Shown: positions 58,601 through 64,000 of the stretch, in pieces
How the letters are laid out: each line of letters opens with the position of its first letter
Position numbering within the stretch: position 1 is the stretch's first letter
Assembly: GCA_051362555.1 (NCBI GenBank)
Contig: CM120642.1
Coordinates: forward strand, 15,438,001-15,502,000
Length of the DNA stretch: 64,000 nt
Origin: Lingula anatina
Taxonomy: Eukaryota; Animalia; Brachiopoda
Reading direction: 5' to 3'
Notes under the pieces: generated by a model
What the model saw: only the letters and a program-made list of their open reading frames with translations
Database searches by the model: none
Told to the model about the DNA's origin: nothing
Program-made: the position numbers and the translations under genes

Positions 58601-61600
58601 TCGGACACTGCTCCCATGATGACCATTTAAGGAAAACCATGTCACTTACTGTTCTCAAACTTACAGGAAGAAACATGGGACTTAAATAAAGCTTCAGTGG
58701 GCAATGCAGTCTATTTTTTAGGTAAATTTTTTTGGCAGTTAATCAGTTTTTTGTGAAAATTTAATTTTTCACATATTGGCATTTTCAAGGTGTGACTTAA
58801 GAACCTCCACGAGCTTGAAGACCCATGCTAATCACATTTTCTGAAAATCCATGATACGGATCTTTTATTATTAAAAACTGATGGTCATTATGCTGTTAAG
58901 CATTATGTAATATTGCATTAAAAAAGAAGAAAACACAATTTTGGGTGCTGCTGCCATGATGACCATTATGGGAAAACCATGTTACTTATGATTGTCAAAC
59001 TTTCAAAAAAGAAACAAAGGACTAAAATGCAGCCTGAGTTGGAAAAGTAGTCTAATTGGCTTCTTTTTCTGGAAGTTATACATTTTAGTGAAATATTCAT
59101 TTTTATCATGTTGGCATATTCATTGTGGGACTCGAAGCTCCCATGGATATGAAGCCAAATGGTAATCAAATTTTCTACATGTCCATGCTATTTATAGTCA
59201 ATAATCAAAAATTGGTGATAATTATTCTGTAATTTATTATGTAATGTTACATCAAAATTGACAAAAATCTTTTTGCACTGCTACTACAAACATTATGAAA
59301 AGAAAACTGTGTTACTTATTATTATTTTCAAATTACAAGTATGATTTGTAGGATTGGCATGCAGTTCAAATAAGAAAGCCAGCTCAAATGGGTTATCATT
59401 TATTATTGAATTTAAGCAGTTTTATGTGAAATTTTCATTTTTCTCATTCTGGCATTTTCAAAGTGTGAACTTAAACTCCCATGGGCCTGAAGCCTTACGC
59501 TTGTTACACATTTCACTTACATTGGTATTACCTGTTGAGCATAATTGGAATTTGATGTTGAATTTGCAGTTTTAAAGCATAATGTACTTTTGCATCAGAA
59601 TTGACAGTAGCCTGTTTTGTGCATTGTTATTGTCTGCTTTTTGTCTGTACATTTGACAGCTTTGCTGCCTTGTTTTAATGGAAGTTGAAATATTGTAGTT
59701 TATTTGTTGGGTAATGTAAATAACTATATGTTATCAAATGACTGCATATTTGTGGTTTAATTCTTGCTCTCAACCTCCAGAGGTTAATTGGACTTAATGA
59801 AAATGTTTTCTTTTCTAGAGAGATTCCAGTGATCATTCCTCAAAGTCCAGTGGTAGCAGCAGTAAAAAGGAACTGGAACCTATTGTATTTGCTCAAGATT
59901 CACAGGGTCATGGAAACAGACATTCCAAACCTAAAATAAAACTACAGGGAACAGGAGATGGACCTGAGAGCACAGCCGTCGTGGGCCGTCCAAACAGTGC
60001 CAAAAAAGAAAAGGCCAAAGAAAAAACAAACATCATAAAAATTAATTTAGAAAGTATGGACTCAAATTTGACAACTTTAAAACCTGTTGAGAAGTCTCCC
60101 AGGTCACTAACACGCTCAAACTCAGATGTCAGGGAGAATAAACCCAACGTCTTGCAGCAGGAGATGTTGCCTAACTCTGCAGACAAAGCTTCAAGAATTC
60201 AACATGAGTTGTCGCCTAATTCTGTGGACAGACCCCTCAATAGACTTTCTCCCCCAGGGAGGAAACTGGCCAGTCTGACTGATATGGGTATGTCTGGGGT
60301 TAACAAACCCTTCAAGAGAATGCCCAGTCAAGATAAGGAGGAGGAAGAAGAAGAGGAGGATGCTGGGGTTGGACCCGTGCCAGACCCCTCATGGGTGGAA
60401 ATTACCAAAAAGTAAGTTTTAGTTTGATTCCAGACTACCCATTCAGGGTCCAAACCAAATATCCTATATGTGAAATATCTTTTAAATCCTTTTTGTGATT
60501 TTAACAACATTAATAACTATTTCTTATTTCACTTAATGAAAAATAATTATAATGATTCCCAATACTTTTAATGTCTTGAAGCTTATTTTCCATCAGATGT
60601 CAACTAAAATGTATTGAGCATGATATTTCTATTCTGAAAACCATATTTACTCATGCCTTAGGCACACAGCAACTTTTGCGCATGTTCTTATGTTAAGCTT
60701 CGTTGCATATTTTAGAAAACAAATCTTGTAACTGCTTGTTGCTTTTAGATACTCTGCTGTGGAAGAATTGAGTAGAAGCATAGATTCTTTCAATCTTGAC
60801 AGTGAAAGTGATCAGTATAGTGGGTTTTCCAGGTAGGTGATGTTATATACATATTGCAATAGCCTGTTGCATGGCTTTGCTTATGGATTGAATGCACTGG
60901 CTTTGTTTAGTGAGAGGAAAAATCATTATATTTTGCAAAGTGTTGATGCCTTTGTTCTCTCTGTCTATTAGTTTATGTAAAATGTGACACAAAGATAAAA
61001 CAGCCTGCTTTTTTTAAATATGTAAATACAAGTAAACACTGTTGTTTGATAAAACAGAAATCCGCTTCCTTTAAAAAAAATCTCATCCTTCCTCAGATTT
61101 ACAAATTTTATATTAAAAAACAACAAATTTTCTTCCATCAGGGCCCCAGTGAAGAAGCCCCCACTGGAGAAGCCACGCTGGTTCCACCCAGTTGCCCAGC
61201 CCACCAAGTCTGCCGCCCAGGTGATGCCAGAGCTTCCCAACATGGTGCAGAGATCCTACGATAAGTTTGTGCCCATGCAGTTTAGAACACAGCCAGCCAA
61301 CATTCCCGGTGGTCCCAGAATACACAGAGAAATCACAAACATCACTATTAGAGGTATAAGCCTGGTGGTTATTGAGTCGGTTTGAACCCGTTTGTAAATT
61401 CAATGCAGAATTTTTCTTTTTGACTTCAGTTTGTGTCTGTCCTTGTCTGTCTTGAGTACTCTTTGTATGTGGACTGTTGTGATATTTTCAGTTGTTGTAC
61501 TTCAAAGACTGTAAAGAAGGCACCCTTTTAAGCATTGGAGTATTTTAGGTATTTTAGTGTATGGTTGTGTTTGTTTCATTTTAATTCTATTAATATTTTA

Positions 61601-62308
61601 TTTTAGCGGCTTAAGAGGTGGTTTTACTTTAGTTTGGCCAGTATTTTATCGATCCAAGTCAAAGTTTGGCTTAGAAAACTCTGTTTCTGAGAACAGGGGG
61701 ATGCCTTGTGAAGTTAACCCAGTCTTTATAGTTGCCAGTCTACATAAATAGACATTTATATTGAATTTCTTAGATCTTTCTTTCATCAGTCTGCCCATCT
61801 CTAATTTTTCATCATTGCCCAACTAATTTAAGTGTGTATTCTGCATGTTTCAGGGCCACCTGGGCGCCTCAATTCCCTGGGTAGGAGCCGCACAAACATT
61901 GATATGAAGAATCATCATCATCATCACAGTGGCGGAGAAGTGCCGGATCTTTCTTTGACAAGTCATAAACTCACAACTAAAGATCTGTGAGTACTTTTCT
62001 TGTTGCCTCATCTTTTTGGCCTAATTATAATGATAGACTTGGACTAAGACGCTCATTTTGGAACAGAATATTAGTTGACAGCGTATTAGGTTTTATTTAA
62101 TGGATATAATGACGCTAAAATTATTACATTATTTTTAATGTGGATTTGTCATTAGTGATGTTTATTTAGTATAGACTAAAGTTACTGCAACAGTAAACTG
62201 TAAAAACAAAATACTTAATTTTTTTTTTTTTTTTTCTATTTTAGCCTGAATTTCCCACCAGTCAGAAATCCTAAGTCCACTGCAGCAGGGCAATTCCACT
62301 TTCCGTAA
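38060..62308 (+). CDS. Uncharacterised armadillo-repeat + three fibronectin type III domain protein with a long Ser/Lys-rich disordered tail, ~1094 aa
   Basis: Exons 38060-38259, 49139-49456, 49732-49832, 50451-50545, 51113-51309, 51687-52369, 52781-52977, 53215-53284, 53681-53871, 56631-56703, 57248-57321, 59819-60411, 60749-60832, 61142-61353, 61854-61986, 62245-62308. All GT-AG, phases consistent, 3285 nt ending in TAA. Repeated NAA.../NAC... ARM-like helices (VAGNAAYIIGTLA, VMNAAGTMGTLA, ASNAALVLARL, GMNAAFAIGRL, SKNACFALSCLA). FN3 signatures (LLAATPYTFKLRA, WEPPESANGHLKGYHV, LAPHTSYDISVCA, WEAPEQPLGKITMYEL, LVPDKEYVFTVSA). No signal peptide or TM segment seen. Confidence 0.88.
41252..41359 (+). 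mobile_element. Truncated copy of MITE family C
   Basis: Near-identical to 50186-50293. Confidence 0.85.
41356..41525 (-). repeat. Near-perfect inverted duplicate of 38545-38714
   Basis: ~170-bp reverse-complement match with about one mismatch by eye. Confidence 0.9.
43271..43581. mobile_element. ~310-bp MITE
   Basis: TIRs ATGCTGAAAACT / AGTTTCAGCAT; repeated subterminal GGACCG/CGGTCC motifs; sits between (CA)n and (TA)n tracts; interrupts an array unit. Confidence 0.6.
50186..50399 (+). mobile_element. ~215-bp MITE, family C, full copy
   Basis: Imperfect TIRs GGCTCTGTTCTCACAACTTTTAGATCGA / TCGATCTAATCTATGAGAATGGGGT; homologous to 37395-37592. Confidence 0.8.
54574..54603 (+). CDS. Candidate 30-nt cassette exon of the ARM-FN3 gene (QNIFNKWLFK)
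   Basis: CTAAC branch at 54541, pyrimidine tract, CAG|...AAG|GTAGAT; phase 0-0 inside a phase-0 intron; no stop codon. Confidence 0.4.
56716..56893. mobile_element. ~175-bp MITE
   Basis: Perfect 13-bp inverted repeats TGTTCACAACTGG (56721-56733) / CCAGTTGTGAACA (56878-56890). Confidence 0.6.
57472..59676 (+). mobile_element. HINE-like element family A, uninterrupted copy
   Basis: 5' hairpin ATGTACAGACACA-GA-TGTGTCTGTACAT (57477-57504); (GTCGCC)n tract; three ~160-bp units; ~340-bp degenerate units; subterminal TGTCTGTACAT (59642-59652); 3' stem-loop CAGC-TTT-GCTG; flanked by T runs. Confidence 0.85.
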
Positions 62309-62650
62309 CAACATAAAAGGCAGATAATTTTGATTACTTATTTCTCAAACTCTGTTAACATCAAAGTGGTCAAAATAGAAAAAAAAATTGAACCCAAAAA
62401 TATATTTCTTTTTTTACTGACATCCAGCTGATCATACGGTTACATCTGAATAAGATTAAGACAAAAACTTACAAGTTTTATGGTTCTCACAACGTTTGTT
62501 ATGTATTTTAGACCACTAAAACATTTTATTAAATAATAATCACTGTTTTTACAGAATGGCTTTAGTAAGTTCAAATTGGTGTTAACATTGTCTAAAATGT
62601 TTTTTTTACTAGTAACAAAAAGTAATTACTTTGGAAAAAATATTTAATAT

Positions 62651-62651
<1 letters not shown>

Positions 62652-62698
<47 letters not shown>
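62652..62698. repeat. Poly-C homopolymer (others: poly-C 14396-14425, poly-G 23598-23619)
   Basis: Read directly from the sequence. Confidence 0.9.
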
Positions 62699-62699
<1 letters not shown>

Positions 62700-64000
62700 A
62701 CGTCTGATGAATTGTTTGAGAAACAAGTTATTAAGAAACACCTGCCCAACAGGGAATTTTCTTTGTACTAAATGTACTTTCACATAAACTTAGTCCCTTT
62801 GCCCCACTGCAATTTTTTCAGTGGAATTTTATATAAATATATATGTACAATATTTTGTAGAGGTACCCTAGTCTTATAACCCCTCTAGTGACTTTCTCAG
62901 CAGAATCTAATCATAGAAAATGTAGCCTTTTCACAGTCACCAAACAGGGCTCATTTATCTCAGATATTGTTTACATATTCTAAACCCCTCTTTAATGGTG
63001 AGAAAAGAAAGGGCAAGCTCTATGATGCTATCATTTTCCAACCAGTAGCATTGCAGTATTATAATCATCTGGGTATTTAAAACAGGGATTATATGTATAG
63101 ACAAAGTGCTAAGATACTAATGAAAGGTTGCTATATAATAAAGTCTTCATGGGACAAGTCCCAGATGTTCTTGTTTAGTGACTTTCTCTTCAGAGCCTAA
63201 CCTTGGTTTAATTTATGTTAAGCTGAGTGACTTAGGGTGTGCTCAGCTTCATAATTTTACTTAAACTGGTTTAAGTCCTGATGACATCACTAGATAGCAG
63301 GCAATCGATGCCAGATTGAGTTCTGTGGTGTGGTTTGCAATTTAACACCAAAGTAATGAATTAAGTGCATTATTTTAAACAATAGTCTTTAGTTATTAAA
63401 ACACATTGATTGTTTTGAGCTGCCTTAAGCACTTGAGCCTTGGGATATTTAACTTTGATGGAACAGAGTAAATACTGCTTATATGCTTTTATATTGATTC
63501 AGAAGTAAGATTATTTATAAAGGATTATGAATGACGTTGGTTCATGAATTTGATAGTTCAACTGAGAAAATGAAGACTTCTGTAACATATTTATTCCAAT
63601 TGTGGATTTATTTTGAACTCTGAAAAAAGTACCTAATGTATCAGGTTATTATATAAATTCACTGAGAACATTATTTTCAAATTGAAATTTTTAAAATTTT
63701 CTCTTTATTAATTTTTTTCGTTTAATGATTGATATATTTTTCTCTAGTTGCACACTTAATTATCATTACTACTTTTGAAATGATACAGTATAATTAACTA
63801 ATTTTGGAGCTAAAAACCCTCTCTTTCAATGATATTTGCAGAGAAAATGTGTTATGTGTTAGCATTCTTTTTTGTCTCACATGTGATACCAAATTTAATG
63901 CTGTTCATAAATTTTTATTTACAAGAATAATCATATGTTATAACAAATTAACAGCAAACAACACATATTATTTTATCAACCAGAAACAAATTGCAGTATT

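Noticed and set aside
62592-62783. Poly-Gly ORF on the minus strand
   Set aside because: Artefact of the poly-C homopolymer in the 3' region of the ARM-FN3 gene.

Overview
AT-rich, intron-rich animal DNA; the repeat types suggest a lophotrochozoan such as a mollusc (inference only). I reconstructed four protein-coding genes by hand from splice sites and reading-frame continuity. (1) The 5' half of a P1B copper ATPase, ATP7 (minus strand, runs off the left edge), with eight GMTCxxC metal-binding domains. (2) ALG11 (plus), head-to-head with ATP7, as ATP7B and ALG11 are in human. (3) A complete BBS7 (minus, ~717 aa). (4) An uncharacterised ~1094-aa armadillo-repeat + 3xFN3 + disordered-tail gene (plus), head-to-head with BBS7. 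The most unusual signals are in BBS7: three paralogous, frame-incompatible copies of one exon (an apparent mutually exclusive exon cluster), a candidate 24-nt microexon, and a terminal U12-type intron that must have AT-AA ends to give a full-length protein. The introns carry nested Helentron-associated (HINE-like) elements with internal satellites, several MITE families, a degenerate kb-scale repeat array, and a templated-insertion junction chain. I found no tRNA, rRNA or CRISPR features.
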